From sequence record OZ035849: DNA of 64,000 nt; one strand, 5' to 3'. Positions 40,925 through 54,010 of this stretch are shown piece after piece. A program made the translations under genes and the position numbers. Numbering within the stretch: position 1 is the first letter of the stretch; each line of letters begins with the position of its first letter. Source of the stretch: Escherichia phage vB_Eco_BGP. The notes beneath the pieces were generated by a model that did not search any database, was not told the DNA's origin, and saw only the letters and a list, made by a program, of their open reading frames with translations.

Positions 40925-40932
40925 TATAAATA
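40925..40932 (+). promoter_or_regulatory. late-type promoter TATAAATA upstream of gene 32
   Basis: Exact TATAAATA; TTGCTT motif just upstream (40917-40922). Confidence 0.45.
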
Positions 40933-41015
40933 GATTATAATTATCTCACTGACCAGCTATGAGGTCATACATCGTCATAGCACCAACTGTTAATTAAATT
41001 AAAAAGGAAATAAAA

Positions 41016-41924
41016 ATGTTTAAACGTAAATCTACTGCTGAACTCGCTGCACAAATGGCTAAACTGGCTGGAAATAAAGGTGGTTTTTCTTCTGAAGATA
41101 AAGGCGAGTGGAAACTGAAACTCGACAATGCGGGTAACGGTCAAGCAGTAATTCGTTTTCTTCCGTCTAAAAATGATGAACAAGCACCGTTCGCAATTCT
41201 TGTAAATCACGGTTTCAAGAAAAACGGTAAATGGTATATCGAAAATTGTTCATCTACCCACGGTGATTACGATTCTTGTCCAGTATGTCAGTACATCAGT
41301 AAAAATGATTTGTACAACACTGACAATAAAGAGTACAGTCTTGTTAAACGCAAAACTTCTTACTGGGCTAACATTCTTGTTGTAAAAGACCCAGCTGCCC
41401 CAGAAAACGAAGGTAAAGTATTTAAATATCGTTTCGGTAAGAAAATCTGGGATAAAATCAATGCAATGATTGCAGTTGATGTTGAAATGGGTGAAACTCC
41501 AGTTGATGTAACTTGTCCGTGGGAAGGTGCTAACTTTGTACTGAAAGTTAAACAAGTTTCTGGTTTTAGTAACTACGACGAATCTAAATTCCTGAATCAA
41601 TCTGCGATTCCAAACATTGATGATGAATCTTTCCAGAAAGAACTGTTCGAACAAATGGTTGACCTTTCTGAAATGACTTCTAAAGATAAATTCAAATCGT
41701 TTGAAGAACTGAGCACTAAGTTCAGTCAAGTTATGGGAACTGCTGCTATGGGTGGTGCCGCAGCAACTGCTGCTAAGAAAGCTGATAAAGTTGCTGATGA
41801 TTTGGATGCATTCAATGTTGATGACTTCAATACAAAAACTGAAGATGATTTTATGAGCTCAAGCTCTGGCAGTTCATCTAGTGCTGATGACACGGACCTG
41901 GATGACCTTTTGAATGACCTTTAA
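41016..41924 (+). CDS. 32: ssDNA-binding protein gp32
   Basis: 302 aa, [24 protein letters not shown]...; acidic Ser/Asp C-tail; matches T4 gp32. Confidence 0.96.
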   Translation: MFKRKSTAELAAQMAKLAGNKGGFSSEDKGEWKLKLDNAGNGQAVIRFLPSKNDEQAPFAILVNHGFKKNGKWYIENCSSTHGDYDSCPVCQYISKNDLYNTDNKEYSLVKRKTSYWANILVVKDPAAPENEGKVFKYRFGKKIWDKINAMIAVDVEMGETPVDVTCPWEGANFVLKVKQVSGFSNYDESKFLNQSAIPNIDDESFQKELFEQMVDLSEMTSKDKFKSFEELSTKFSQVMGTAAMGGAAATAAKKADKVADDLDAFNVDDFNTKTEDDFMSSSSGSSSSADDTDLDDLLNDL

Positions 41925-41946
41925 TAGATTATATTACTAATTAATT

Positions 41947-41971
41947 GGGGACCCTAGAGGTCCCCTTTTTT
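41947..41971 (+). terminator. rho-independent terminator (GGGGACC-loop-GGUCCCC, T-run)
   Basis: 7-bp stem followed by TTTTTT. Confidence 0.8.
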
Positions 41972-41996
41972 ATTTCAAAAATTTTTTCACAAAACG

Positions 41997-42026
41997 GTTT
42001 ACAAGCATAAAGCTTTATGGTACTAT
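41997..42026 (+). promoter_or_regulatory. T4-type early promoter
   Basis: GTTTAC 41997-42002, TACTAT 42021-42026. Confidence 0.65.
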
Positions 42027-42069
42027 ACAACTATCGGCAATACTGCTGATGATTAAAGAGGAAAACAAT

Positions 42070-42300
42070 ATGGCTAAAGTTGATATTGACATCGTTGATT
42101 TTGAATATATTGAAGAAATTATTCGTAATCGTTATCCTGAACTTAGTATCACAAGTATTCATGATGATCCCAATTATTGCAATTTTTCTATTGTTATTGA
42201 AGGTCCTTTAGAAGTTCTTGAACGATTTATGGCTAATGAATACTGTGATGGTATGGATGCTGAAGATGCAGAATTTTACATGGGATTGATTGAACAGTAA
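42070..42300 (+). CDS. hypothetical acidic protein (76 aa)
   Basis: ATG 42070 with SD AGAGGA (track ORF starts at 42049). Confidence 0.5.
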   Translation: MAKVDIDIVDFEYIEEIIRNRYPELSITSIHDDPNYCNFSIVIEGPLEVLERFMANEYCDGMDAEDAEFYMGLIEQ

Positions 42301-42344
42301 TTATCGAGGGGCTATCAAGCCCCTATTAAAATGAGGAAAACATA

Positions 42345-42710
42345 ATGTATATTGATAAAAAGTACGAACTTGTTCCAAGACTTATTGATACATTTATTAA
42401 TTATCGCCCGCGTTCTAATTCATTAATAGTTAAAGCTATTCAAGAAAATGGCGGATGGTTTGAAGTTAAAGAAGTTTTCTTTGCTGATGGATTTAAAGTA
42501 GTAAAACACGTAGAATGCGCCAATAGAAAGCATTTTTACTTCAACGTCTGCGAAGATGAATTTCATTGTTTTCGTGAGTATAAAGAACCGACTTCTGAAG
42601 AAGATGAAGTCAAAGACAAGGTTTCTGGCGTAACAAAAATTCACTGCATTGTTGACGAAAACAATGTAGATGAAATCATTGAACTTTTGCGAAAAACTTT
42701 CAAAAAGTAG
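42345..42710 (+). CDS. hypothetical protein (121 aa)
   Basis: SD GAGGAAAA; ORF. Confidence 0.5.
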   Translation: MYIDKKYELVPRLIDTFINYRPRSNSLIVKAIQENGGWFEVKEVFFADGFKVVKHVECANRKHFYFNVCEDEFHCFREYKEPTSEEDEVKDKVSGVTKIHCIVDENNVDEIIELLRKTFKK

Positions 42711-42739
42711 TTTACAGAAGGGTAGTAGTGTGATACTAT
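42710..42739 (+). promoter_or_regulatory. T4-type early promoter
   Basis: GTTTAC 42710-42715, TACTAT 42734-42739. Confidence 0.65.
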
Positions 42740-42848
42740 TACCCTATCAAAACTAATGGAGAAAAGAAAATGTTCGCACCTTATATTATGGCAGCAGTTA
42801 TGTTGGTCTGTTTATATCTTTTGATTAAAGCTTGCTAAGGAGAATAAA

Positions 42849-43091
42849 ATGAGATTACAACGCCAGAGCATCAAAGATTCAGAAGTTAGAGGTAAATGGT
42901 ATTTTAATATCATCGGTAAAGATTCTGAACTTGTTGAAAAAGCTGAACACCTTTTACGTGGCATGGGATGGGAAGATGAATGTGATGGGTGTCCGCTTTA
43001 TGAAGACGGTGAAAGCGCAGGATTTTGGATTTATCACTCTGACGTCGAGCAGTTTAAAGCTGATTGGAAAATTGTGAAAAAGTCTATTTGA
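42849..43091 (+). CDS. hypothetical protein (80 aa)
   Basis: SD AAGGAG; contains CDGCP. Confidence 0.5.
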   Translation: MRLQRQSIKDSEVRGKWYFNIIGKDSELVEKAEHLLRGMGWEDECDGCPLYEDGESAGFWIYHSDVEQFKADWKIVKKSI

Positions 43092-43101
43092 GGAAAATAT
43101 T

Positions 43102-43434
43102 ATGTCTGACATTCATGTAACTGGAATTTCACAAGTAAACATCCGCTGCCAATTTAAAACTGTACCTGGGGTGACTCATATTACTTTATCACACGACCCA
43201 TATTCTCGTGGAAGACAGTTAACTGGTATAATTAAGTTTTTCGGTGGAATTGGCGGAAACGAATTTACTATAGGCGATGACGAAATTGTTGGCTGTAAAT
43301 TAAAAGTTCAGAAGGGCGTGTTAGAACTTTTTAGTGATGAAGTTTTTGATGAAATCTCACGAGCAGTTAACAAAGGAATGTTAACGTTAATTAAAATGAT
43401 TAAAGCTAGCGGATATGTTCCTGATCCTTTTTAA
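43102..43434 (+). CDS. hypothetical protein (110 aa)
   Basis: SD GAGGAAAA; ORF. Confidence 0.5.
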   Translation: MSDIHVTGISQVNIRCQFKTVPGVTHITLSHDPYSRGRQLTGIIKFFGGIGGNEFTIGDDEIVGCKLKVQKGVLELFSDEVFDEISRAVNKGMLTLIKMIKASGYVPDPF

Positions 43435-43445
43435 TAGGAGATAAT

Positions 43446-44642
<1,197 letters not shown>

Positions 44643-44687
44643 TTATTTAGCTTCATAAAATGTATTATAATTTATATAAGGTACTAA

Positions 44688-45548
44688 ATGAAACAATACC
44701 AAGATTTAATTAAAGACATTTTTGAAAATGGCTATGAAACCGATGACCGAACAGGCACAGGAACAATTGCTTTGTTCGGTACTAAATTGCGTTGGGATTT
44801 AACAAAAGGTTTTCCTGCAGTAACAACTAAAAAGCTCGCCTGGAATGCATGCATTGCTGAGCTTCTATGGTTTATTTCCGGTTCTACCAATGTTAATGAT
44901 TTACGTCTTCGCACTCATGGCAGTCTTATTCAAGGTAAAACTATTTGGGACGATAACTATGAAAACCAAGCTAAAGACCTAGGATATCATAGTGGTGAAC
45001 TTGGTCCTATATACGGTAAACAATGGCGTGATTTCGGTGGTGTGGATCAATTAGTTGAAACTATTGATCGTATTAAAAAATTACCAACTGATCGACGTCA
45101 AATCGTTTCAGCATGGAATCCAGCTGAAATCAATCAAATGGCATTACCGCCCTGTCATATGTTCTATCAGTTTAATGTGCGTAATGGTTATCTTGATTTA
45201 CAATGGTACCAAAGAAGTGTAGATGTTTTCTTGGGATTGCCATTCAACATTGCCTCGTACGCTGCCTTGACGCATATTGTGGCTAAGATGTGTAATCTTA
45301 TCCCAGGAGATTTGATATTTTCTGGTGGTAATACTCACATCTATATGAATCATACTGAGCAATGTAAAGAAATTTTACGTCGTGAGCCTAAAGAACTGTG
45401 TGAACTTAAAATTGATTGGCCTATAGAGTTTGGAAATTGTGACACCGAAACACAGCTTTACTGGTTAACTGAATACATGAAACCGAAAGATTTTATCCTT
45501 GAAAATTATGAATCGCATCCAGCAATTAAAGGGAAAATGGCAATATGA
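44688..45548 (+). CDS. td: thymidylate synthase Td (no intron)
   Basis: 286 aa contiguous ORF; matches T4 Td spliced product. Confidence 0.95.
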
Positions 45549-45808
45549 TTTTACGATTTAAAGATACTTCTGGCGTTGTTCTTTTTACACTTCCTAACCC
45601 AAGCGAGTTAGAAGTTCCAGGACCAGAACAGCCTATTACCATTTATGGTAAAAAATACTATACTCATAAAATGACTCGTGAGTATTTTGATAATAAAATT
45701 TCCACAGTTAAAACTTCTTCTGACTGTTACTACGATATTACTGTTTTAACGGAAAAACAATATGACGAATTATTCCAGCGTGGGCCGTCTATGCCGGGTA
45801 GTGAATAA
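45545..45808 (+). CDS. hypothetical protein (87 aa)
   Basis: ATGA overlap with td stop. Confidence 0.5.
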
Positions 45809-46088
45809 ATACAAATCCGACTTTGATGTTAATATTCACCGCGGTACATTTTGGGGAAATTACGTCGGTAAAGATGCTGGCAGCCGGGAGGCTGCCATTG
45901 AATTATTCAAAAAAGATTTTATACGTCGAATTAAATCCGGAGAAATAACTAAAGCACATTTAGAGCCTTTACGTGGAATGAGGCTAGGATGCACATGTAA
46001 ACCAAAGCCGTGTCATGGTGATATAATAGCTCATATAGTTAACCGATTGTTTAAAGACGATTTTCAAGTTGAGGACTTATGCAATTAA
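45762..46088 (+). CDS. hypothetical protein with DUF4326-like motifs (108 aa)
   Basis: GTFWGNY...[11 protein letters not shown] resembles the WGNP / C-x-C...CH pattern of DUF4326 as I recall it. Confidence 0.45.
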
Positions 46089-48343
46089 TTAATGTTATCA
46101 AAAGTAGTGGTGTTTCTCAGAGCTTTGACCCACAAAAAATTATTAAAGTTTTATCTTGGGCAGCTGAAGGAACATCAGTAGATCCTTATGAATTATATGA
46201 AAATATTAAATCTTATCTCCGTGATGGAATGACAACTGATGATATTCAGACTATTGTCATTAAGGCCGCTGCGAATTCTATTTCGGTTGAAGAGCCTGAT
46301 TATCAATATGTAGCTGCACGCTGTTTAATGTTTGCTCTTCGTAAGCATGTTTATGGACAGTATGAACCACGTTCATTTATTGACCATATTTCTTATTGTG
46401 TAAATGAAGGTAAATACGACCCTGAATTATTGTCAAAATATTCAGCAGAAGAAATTACATTTTTAGAATCAAAAATTAAGCACGAACGGGATATGGAATT
46501 TACTTATTCCGGGGCGATGCAATTAAAAGAAAAATATCTAGTTAAAGATAAAACCACTGGTCAAATTTATGAAACTCCACAGTTTGCATTTATGGCTATT
46601 GGAATGGCATTGCATCAAGATGAACCTGTTGATAGATTAAAACATGTTATCCGTTTTTATGAAGCAGTATCAACCCGACAGATTTCATTGCCAACTCCTA
46701 TTATGGCTGGTTGTCGTACTCCGACTCGACAGTTCAGTTCATGTGTTGTTATTGAGGCAGGTGATTCATTAAAGTCTATCAATAAGGCTTCCGCTTCAAT
46801 TGTTGAATATATCTCTAAACGCGCTGGAATTGGTATTAACGTTGGTATGATTCGTGCTGAAGGTTCTAAGATTGGCATGGGTGAAGTACGCCATACTGGT
46901 GTTATTCCTTTTTGGAAACATTTTCAGACTGCTGTTAAATCATGCTCACAGGGTGGAATTCGTGGCGGCGCTGCTACTGCTTATTATCCTATTTGGCATT
47001 TGGAAGTTGAAAATCTTCTCGTTTTGAAAAATAACAAAGGCGTAGAAGAAAACCGCATTCGTCATATGGATTATGGTGTTCAACTGAATGATCTAATGAT
47101 GGAACGTTTTGGAAAGAACGACTACATTACTTTGTTCAGTCCGCATGAAATGGGTGGCGAGCTTTATTATTCTTATTTTAAAGACCAAGACCGTTTCCGT
47201 GAATTATACGAAGCAGCAGAAAAAGACCCTAATATTCGTAAAAAGCGCATTAAAGCCCGTGAACTATTTGAATTGCTCATGACTGAACGCTCAGGAACAG
47301 CAAGGATTTATGTGCAGTTCATTGATAATACGAATAACTATACTCCATTTATTCGTGAAAAGGCACCTATTCGTCAGAGTAACTTGTGCTGTGAAATTGC
47401 TATTCCAACAAATGATGTGAATAGTCCTGATGCTGAAATTGGATTGTGTACTCTCTCTGCATTCGTACTGGATAATTTTGACTGGCAAGACCAAGATAAA
47501 ATTAATGAATTAGCAGAAGTTCAAGTTCGCGCTCTTGATAATCTGTTGGATTACCAAGGATATCCAGTTCCTGAAGCAGAAAAAGCTAAAAAGCGTCGTA
47601 ACCTTGGTGTAGGTGTTACTAACTATGCAGCTTGGCTGGCAAGTAACTTTGCTTCTTATGAAGATGCTAACGATTTAACACATGAACTATTTGAGAGATT
47701 ACAGTATGGACTCATTAAAGCATCCATTAAGCTCGCCAAAGAAAAAGGACCTTGCGAATATTATTCAGACACTCGTTGGTCTCGAGGCGAATTACCTATC
47801 GACTGGTACAATAAAAAGATTGACCAAATCGCAGCTCCAAAATACGTTTGTGACTGGTCGTCGCTGCGGGAAGACCTTAAGCTCTTTGGCATCCGTAATA
47901 GCACATTATCAGCACTTATGCCATGTGAGTCATCTTCCCAAGTTTCTAACAGTACAAATGGTATCGAGCCTCCACGTGGACCAGTCTCTGTTAAAGAATC
48001 AAAAGAGGGTTCCTTTAATCAAGTCGTGCCCAATATTGAGCATAACATAGACCTCTATGATTATACGTGGAAATTAGCTAAGAAAGGTAATAAACCTTAT
48101 CTTACGCAAGTAGCTATTATGCTTAAATGGGTATGTCAATCAGCTTCAGCGAATACATACTATGACCCGCAGATTTTTCCAAAAGGAAAGGTTCCAATGT
48201 CAATAATGATTGATGATATGCTATACGGATGGTATTATGGCATTAAAAATTTCTATTATCATAATACCCGTGATGGTTCTGGTACTGATGATTATGAAAT
48301 AGAAACTCCAAAAGCTGAAGATTGTTCATCCTGTAAATTATGA
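46079..48343 (+). CDS. nrdA: ribonucleotide reductase large subunit NrdA
   Basis: 754 aa; class Ia RNR alpha; matches T4 NrdA. Confidence 0.95.
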   Translation: MQLINVIKSSGVSQSFDPQKIIKVLSWAAEGTSVDPYELYENIKSYLRDGMTTDDIQTIVIKAAANSISVEEPDYQYVAARCLMFALRKHVYGQYEPRSFIDHISYCVNEGKYDPELLSKYSAEEITFLESKIKHERDMEFTYSGAMQLKEKYLVKDKTTGQIYETPQFAFMAIGMALHQDEPVDRLKHVIRFYEAVSTRQISLPTPIMAGCRTPTRQFSSCVVIEAGDSLKSINKASASIVEYISKRAGIGINVGMIRAEGSKIGMGEVRHTGVIPFWKHFQTAVKSCSQGGIRGGAATAYYPIWHLEVENLLVLKNNKGVEENRIRHMDYGVQLNDLMMERFGKNDYITLFSPHEMGGELYYSYFKDQDRFRELYEAAEKDPNIRKKRIKARELFELLMTERSGTARIYVQFIDNTNNYTPFIREKAPIRQSNLCCEIAIPTNDVNSPDAEIGLCTLSAFVLDNFDWQDQDKINELAEVQVRALDNLLDYQGYPVPEAEKAKKRRNLGVGVTNYAAWLASNFASYEDANDLTHELFERLQYGLIKASIKLAKEKGPCEYYSDTRWSRGELPIDWYNKKIDQIAAPKYVCDWSSLREDLKLFGIRNSTLSALMPCESSSQVSNSTNGIEPPRGPVSVKESKEGSFNQVVPNIEHNIDLYDYTWKLAKKGNKPYLTQVAIMLKWVCQSASANTYYDPQIFPKGKVPMSIMIDDMLYGWYYGIKNFYYHNTRDGSGTDDYEIETPKAEDCSSCKL

Positions 48344-48387
48344 TATAATGTGACTCATGGACGAGTCACTAACAAATGAGAAATAAT

Positions 48388-49179
48388 ATGAAATACTGTT
48401 CGGCAATAACCTACCCAGGTTCAAAACACAAATACATGGATTTTATTAATAGATTCGTATTGGGCTTTGATGATAATATAGTTTTAGATGCCTTTTGTGG
48501 CGGCCTCGGATTTTCTATGAATTGTGGTCGCCGTGTTGAGTGTAATGATATTAATTTTCATCTTATTAATATGTATAACAAGATGAAAGAGTCTTCATTT
48601 AATGATATACTCCAAATCATTGATGATTTTGGTTTAAATGACGTGGACCCTAAACCATTTTATTCTCTAGCAAAAGAATATGATAAAACCAAAAACGGGC
48701 TATATTTATATGTTCTGCATTTATTTGCATTCAGTTCGATGTTAAAATTTTCTAAAGATGATAAGTATATAGCTTCTTTTGCAAATAGAGCCAAATATTC
48801 TAGAACTTCTTTTAATAAATCACAACAAGATAAATTCGCAGCTTTTAAAAATCGTCAACATTTGTTAAGTTTTTCAAATAAATCATTCAGAGATTTAGAT
48901 TTTGAAAACAAGAACTTATTTATCGACCCACCATATCTTTCTACTAAATTTAAATATTCAGGGTGGGAAGAAAAGGATGAATTAGAATTATTAGATAAAA
49001 TTAAACGATCAAAGTCTAAATTTATTATTACTAATAATCTATCAGATGATATTGATAATAACATTCTAAAAGATTGGGCCCTTTCTAATAATTTCAAAAT
49101 TGAATATTTTAAAACCAGATACCAAAAAATATCAAAAGGCGTATCATTTCAGACTGAAGTGCTTATACATAATATGTGA
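48388..49179 (+). CDS. second Dam-family N6-adenine DNA methyltransferase (divergent paralogue)
   Basis: YPGSK, AFCGGLGFS (motif I) and DPPY (motif IV) in the same order as the Dam at 1963; rough by-eye identity about a third; alternative ATG at 48376. Confidence 0.8.
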   Translation: MKYCSAITYPGSKHKYMDFINRFVLGFDDNIVLDAFCGGLGFSMNCGRRVECNDINFHLINMYNKMKESSFNDILQIIDDFGLNDVDPKPFYSLAKEYDKTKNGLYLYVLHLFAFSSMLKFSKDDKYIASFANRAKYSRTSFNKSQQDKFAAFKNRQHLLSFSNKSFRDLDFENKNLFIDPPYLSTKFKYSGWEEKDELELLDKIKRSKSKFIITNNLSDDIDNNILKDWALSNNFKIEYFKTRYQKISKGVSFQTEVLIHNM

Positions 49180-49213
49180 TTAAATATTTAAACCTATAAT
49201 AAGAGAGAATAAT

Positions 49214-49889
49214 ATGTCTACAGTTTTTAATACAAATCCAGTTGATGTTTTAAAAGAACCTATGTTTTTTGGTTCAGGTCTTGGTATTGCACGTTATGAT
49301 ATTCAACGGCATCGAGTATTTGAAGAACTTACTGAGAAGTCCTTATCATTTTTCTGGCGTCCTGAAGAAGTAAACTTAATGATGGATGCTGCACAATTTA
49401 ATAAGCTTCCTCAGTATCAGCAAAATATTTTTACTAATAACCTGAAGTATCAATCACTTTTGGATAGCATTCAGGGTCGTGCGCCATCTGCTGTACTTAT
49501 GTCATTAATTTCAGACCCAAGCCTTGATACATGGGTTGCTACATGGACTTTTAGTGAAACTATTCACAGTCGTTCATATACTCATATCATGCGAAATCTT
49601 TATACTGATCCGTCAAAGGTATTTGATGAGATTGTATTAGATGAAGCTATCATGAAACGTGCTGAATCCATTGGGCGTTATTATGATGATGTTCTGATTA
49701 AAACCCGTGAATGGGAAAATGCTAAAGAATTTGTAGAACTAGCTAAAGAATCTCCTGATGCTGTCTTTCGTTTAAACCGAGCTATTAAACAAGAAGCCGA
49801 AGCTAAACGTGCTTTAATGAAATCTCTTTACCTCTGTTTGCACGTTATTAATGCCTTAGAAGCTATTCGTTTTTATGTATCTTTTGCGT
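49214..49889 (+). CDS. nrdB: ribonucleotide reductase small subunit NrdB, exon 1
   Basis: Class Ia R2 N-terminal part; frame ends ...FYVSFA then stops 1 nt into the intron. Confidence 0.85.
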
Positions 49890-49999
49890 AAAATGCGCCT
49901 TTAAACGGTAACGTTTATCGAAAACTCCTTTAATTGCTGGAAAGTCCTTTATAGGAAAACTAGCAGCCAAGGTTTTGCTTGCACCTTTAATTAGTATAA

Positions 50000-50007
50000 T
50001 ATAAATA
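50000..50007 (+). promoter_or_regulatory. late promoter TATAAATA inside the intron, upstream of the endonuclease ORF
   Basis: Exact TATAAATA 28 nt before the ORF start, followed by SD AAGAGGA. Confidence 0.45.
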
Positions 50008-50034
50008 TGATTATACTTTTAAGAGGATGCACAA

Positions 50035-50844
50035 TTGAACTATAGAAAAATTTGGATAGATGCTAACGGACCTATACCTAAAGATTCCGATGGAAGAACA
50101 TACGAAATCCATCATAAAGACGGTAACCGTGAAAATAATGATTTAGATAATTTGATGTGCCTTTCTATACAGGAACATTATGATATACATTTAGCTCAAA
50201 AAGATTACCAGGCTTGTCATGCTATAAAGCTTAGAATGAAATATTCTCCTGAAGAAATTTCTGAATTAGCTTCTAAAGCCGCAAAATCTAGAGAAATCCA
50301 GATTTTTAATATCCCTGAAGTACGAGCTAAAAATATTGCCTCTATTAAATCTAAGATAGAAAATGGTACATTTCATCTTTTAGACGGTGAAATACAGCGT
50401 AAATCTAATTTAAATAGAGTTGCATTAGGTATACATAATTTTCAACAAGCTGAGCATATTGCAAAAGTTAAAGAACGCAATATTGCAGCTATAAAAGAAG
50501 GTACTCATGTATTTTGCGGTGGTAAAATGCAGTCAGAAACTCAATCAAAACGGGTAAATGACGGTTCACATCATTTCTTGTCAGAAGACCATAAGAAAAG
50601 AACATCAGCAAAAACATTAGAAATGGTTAAGAATGGGACCCATCCTGCACAAAAAGAAATCACATGTGATTTCTGCGGTCACATTGGTAAAGGTCCTGGA
50701 TTTTATCTAAAACATAATGACAGATGTAAATTAAATCCAAATAGAATTCAATTGAATTGTCCATATTGTGATAAGAAAGATTTATCACCATCAACATATA
50801 AACGATGGCACGGCGACAATTGCAAAGCAAGGTTCAACGACTAG
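50035..50844 (+). CDS. I-TevIII: intron-encoded HNH homing endonuclease (I-TevIII-like, full length)
   Basis: 269 aa; HNH motif EIHHKDGNRENNDLDNL; zinc-finger Cys pairs; probable TTG start with SD. Confidence 0.75.
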   Translation: MNYRKIWIDANGPIPKDSDGRTYEIHHKDGNRENNDLDNLMCLSIQEHYDIHLAQKDYQACHAIKLRMKYSPEEISELASKAAKSREIQIFNIPEVRAKNIASIKSKIENGTFHLLDGEIQRKSNLNRVALGIHNFQQAEHIAKVKERNIAAIKEGTHVFCGGKMQSETQSKRVNDGSHHFLSEDHKKRTSAKTLEMVKNGTHPAQKEITCDFCGHIGKGPGFYLKHNDRCKLNPNRIQLNCPYCDKKDLSPSTYKRWHGDNCKARFND

Positions 50845-50980
50845 TCTTCGGACGTAGGGTCAAGCGACTCGAAATGGGGAGAATCCCTCTGGGATTGTGA
50901 TATAGTCTGGTCTGCATAGTAATATGTAGCAGTTCATAAGAGAACGGGTTGAGAATTAGCGAGCTCAATCGAACATAACG

Positions 50981-51483
50981 GTACCTTTAACTTCCACAAG
51001 AATATGGAAATCATGGAAGGTAATGCCAAGATTATGAAGTTCATTGCACGTGATGAGCAGCTTCACCTTAAAGGCACTCAATATATTATTCGTCAACTTC
51101 AACTTGGCACTGATGGCGATGAATGGGTTAAAATTGCTCAAGAGTGTGAACAAGAAGCAGTTGATATTTTCATGGAAGTTAACCGCCAAGAAAAAGATTG
51201 GGCAGTTCATTTATTTAAAGATGGCGATGTTCCTGGATTAAATACAAATAGCATGTGGAGCTTTATTGATTACTTAACTGTATCTCGTATGAAACAGTGT
51301 GGTCTTCCATGCCCGATTACCGATGCTCCGGTTAAACATCCATATCCTTGGATTCGTGAATATCTTAATTCTGATAATGTTCAATCCGCGCCACAAGAAG
51401 TAGAACTGTCATCTTACCTTGTTGCACAGATTGATAATGATGTTGATGATAAAGTTATGATGAGTTTTAAAAAATACTTTTAA
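50981..51483 (+). CDS. nrdB: ribonucleotide reductase small subunit NrdB, exon 2
   Basis: Continues ...C-TFNFHKNMEIMEGNAK...; R2 C-terminal region. Confidence 0.85.
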
Positions 51484-51487
51484 GGAG

Positions 51488-51509
51488 TGGGCCGCAAGGC
51501 CCATTTTAT
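51488..51509 (+). terminator. hairpin UGGGCC-GCAA-GGCCCA plus U-run after nrdB
   Basis: 6-bp GC stem, GNRA loop, TTTTATT; lies between an SD and the denA ATG. Confidence 0.6.
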
Positions 51510-51510
51510 T

Positions 51511-53098
<1,588 letters not shown>

Positions 53099-53101
53099 GC
53101 T

Positions 53102-53131
53102 GTTTACAAGTCCCTCGTGTTGTGTTATAGT
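53102..53131 (+). promoter_or_regulatory. T4-type early promoter
   Basis: GTTTAC 53102-53107, TATAGT 53126-53131. Confidence 0.6.
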
Positions 53132-53159
53132 AGTCTTACTGACATAACATGAGGACTTT

Positions 53160-53666
53160 ATGATGGATTTACAACTTATTACTACTGAAATGGTCGTTGA
53201 AGCATACGGTGATACTACAGATGGGATTTCTGTATTCAAAGGAAATCGTCGAGTTGGATATATCACCGATCTTAAGAAAGATTTAGCTAAGCAAGTCAAG
53301 CGGAAAACGACCATTAAAGAATATCGAAATCGTCGTCTTGAGCAAGCCCGTGATATGCTTCCTGATGCGGTTGAAGAGATGAAAGTCTTTTTAGAAAATC
53401 AACTCGCTAAGTATGATTGTGAAGTGTTCATTAATCAGACTCAACCTAATGTTCATATCAATAGCTGTAAATGCTATATCATCGTTAATCCTTTAACGGG
53501 AAAACATCGTCTTGGAATTAGTAATCCAAATCGTAGCGCATCGGATATGGCAGAAGATGTTGAGGCATGCTTTAAAATTTCTAAATCTCCGGCTGAACAT
53601 CATATTTTAATTAACGGTCTTTCTCAAGACGATATTATAGAGGTTATTAAAACTTTATGCAATTAA
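53160..53666 (+). CDS. alc: Alc-like protein
   Basis: About 167 aa, MDLQLITTEMVVEAYGDTTDG...; size and position match T4 alc. Confidence 0.7.
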   Translation: MMDLQLITTEMVVEAYGDTTDGISVFKGNRRVGYITDLKKDLAKQVKRKTTIKEYRNRRLEQARDMLPDAVEEMKVFLENQLAKYDCEVFINQTQPNVHINSCKCYIIVNPLTGKHRLGISNPNRSASDMAEDVEACFKISKSPAEHHILINGLSQDDIIEVIKTLCN

Positions 53667-54010
53667 GTAATACGACAGCAGGCTTGCTATTAATTGTAAT
53701 TGCATTGGGCGGAACTTCTTTAATTTTAAAAAATAAAATTGAAAGATTAGAAACGTCTGTTGTAGAAATTACAAAAACGGCCAATGAAAACGCTTTAGCA
53801 TTAAATAATTTGCGAATTCAGTATAATTATATTGATGCGATGAATAATAAAAATCGTGAGGCAATTGCTGCTATTGAGCGTGAAAATGAAAAACTGCGCA
53901 AAGACGCAAAGAAGGCGGATGTGGTGGCTCATAAGCCAGGATTGGTTGAAAAACAAATCAACAACTCCTTCAACAAGTTCGCAGAAGACATCCAGGACCT
54001 TTCTAAATGA
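53657..54010 (+). CDS. pseT.3: inner-membrane spanin (i-spanin)
   Basis: 117 aa; N-terminal TM helix then coiled-coil periplasmic domain. Confidence 0.7.
   Translation: MQLSNTTAGLLLIVIALGGTSLILKNKIERLETSVVEITKTANENALALNNLRIQYNYIDAMNNKNREAIAAIERENEKLRKDAKKADVVAHKPGLVEKQINNSFNKFAEDIQDLSK

Larger units (their letters stand above)
49890..50980 (+). mobile_element. group I intron in nrdB (about 1091 nt) carrying an HNH endonuclease ORF
   Basis: Exon 1 ends with U (49889), intron ends with G (50980); joining the exons restores the conserved VSFAC sequence. Confidence 0.7.

Noticed and set aside
44688-45548. Expected td group I intron
   Set aside because: td is one continuous 286-aa ORF matching the spliced product, so no intron is present.
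47682-48050. 122-aa alternative-frame ORF inside nrdA
   Set aside because: Contained within a conserved RNR gene.
51044-51241. 65-aa alternative-frame ORF inside nrdB exon 2
   Set aside because: Contained within the conserved R2 coding sequence.
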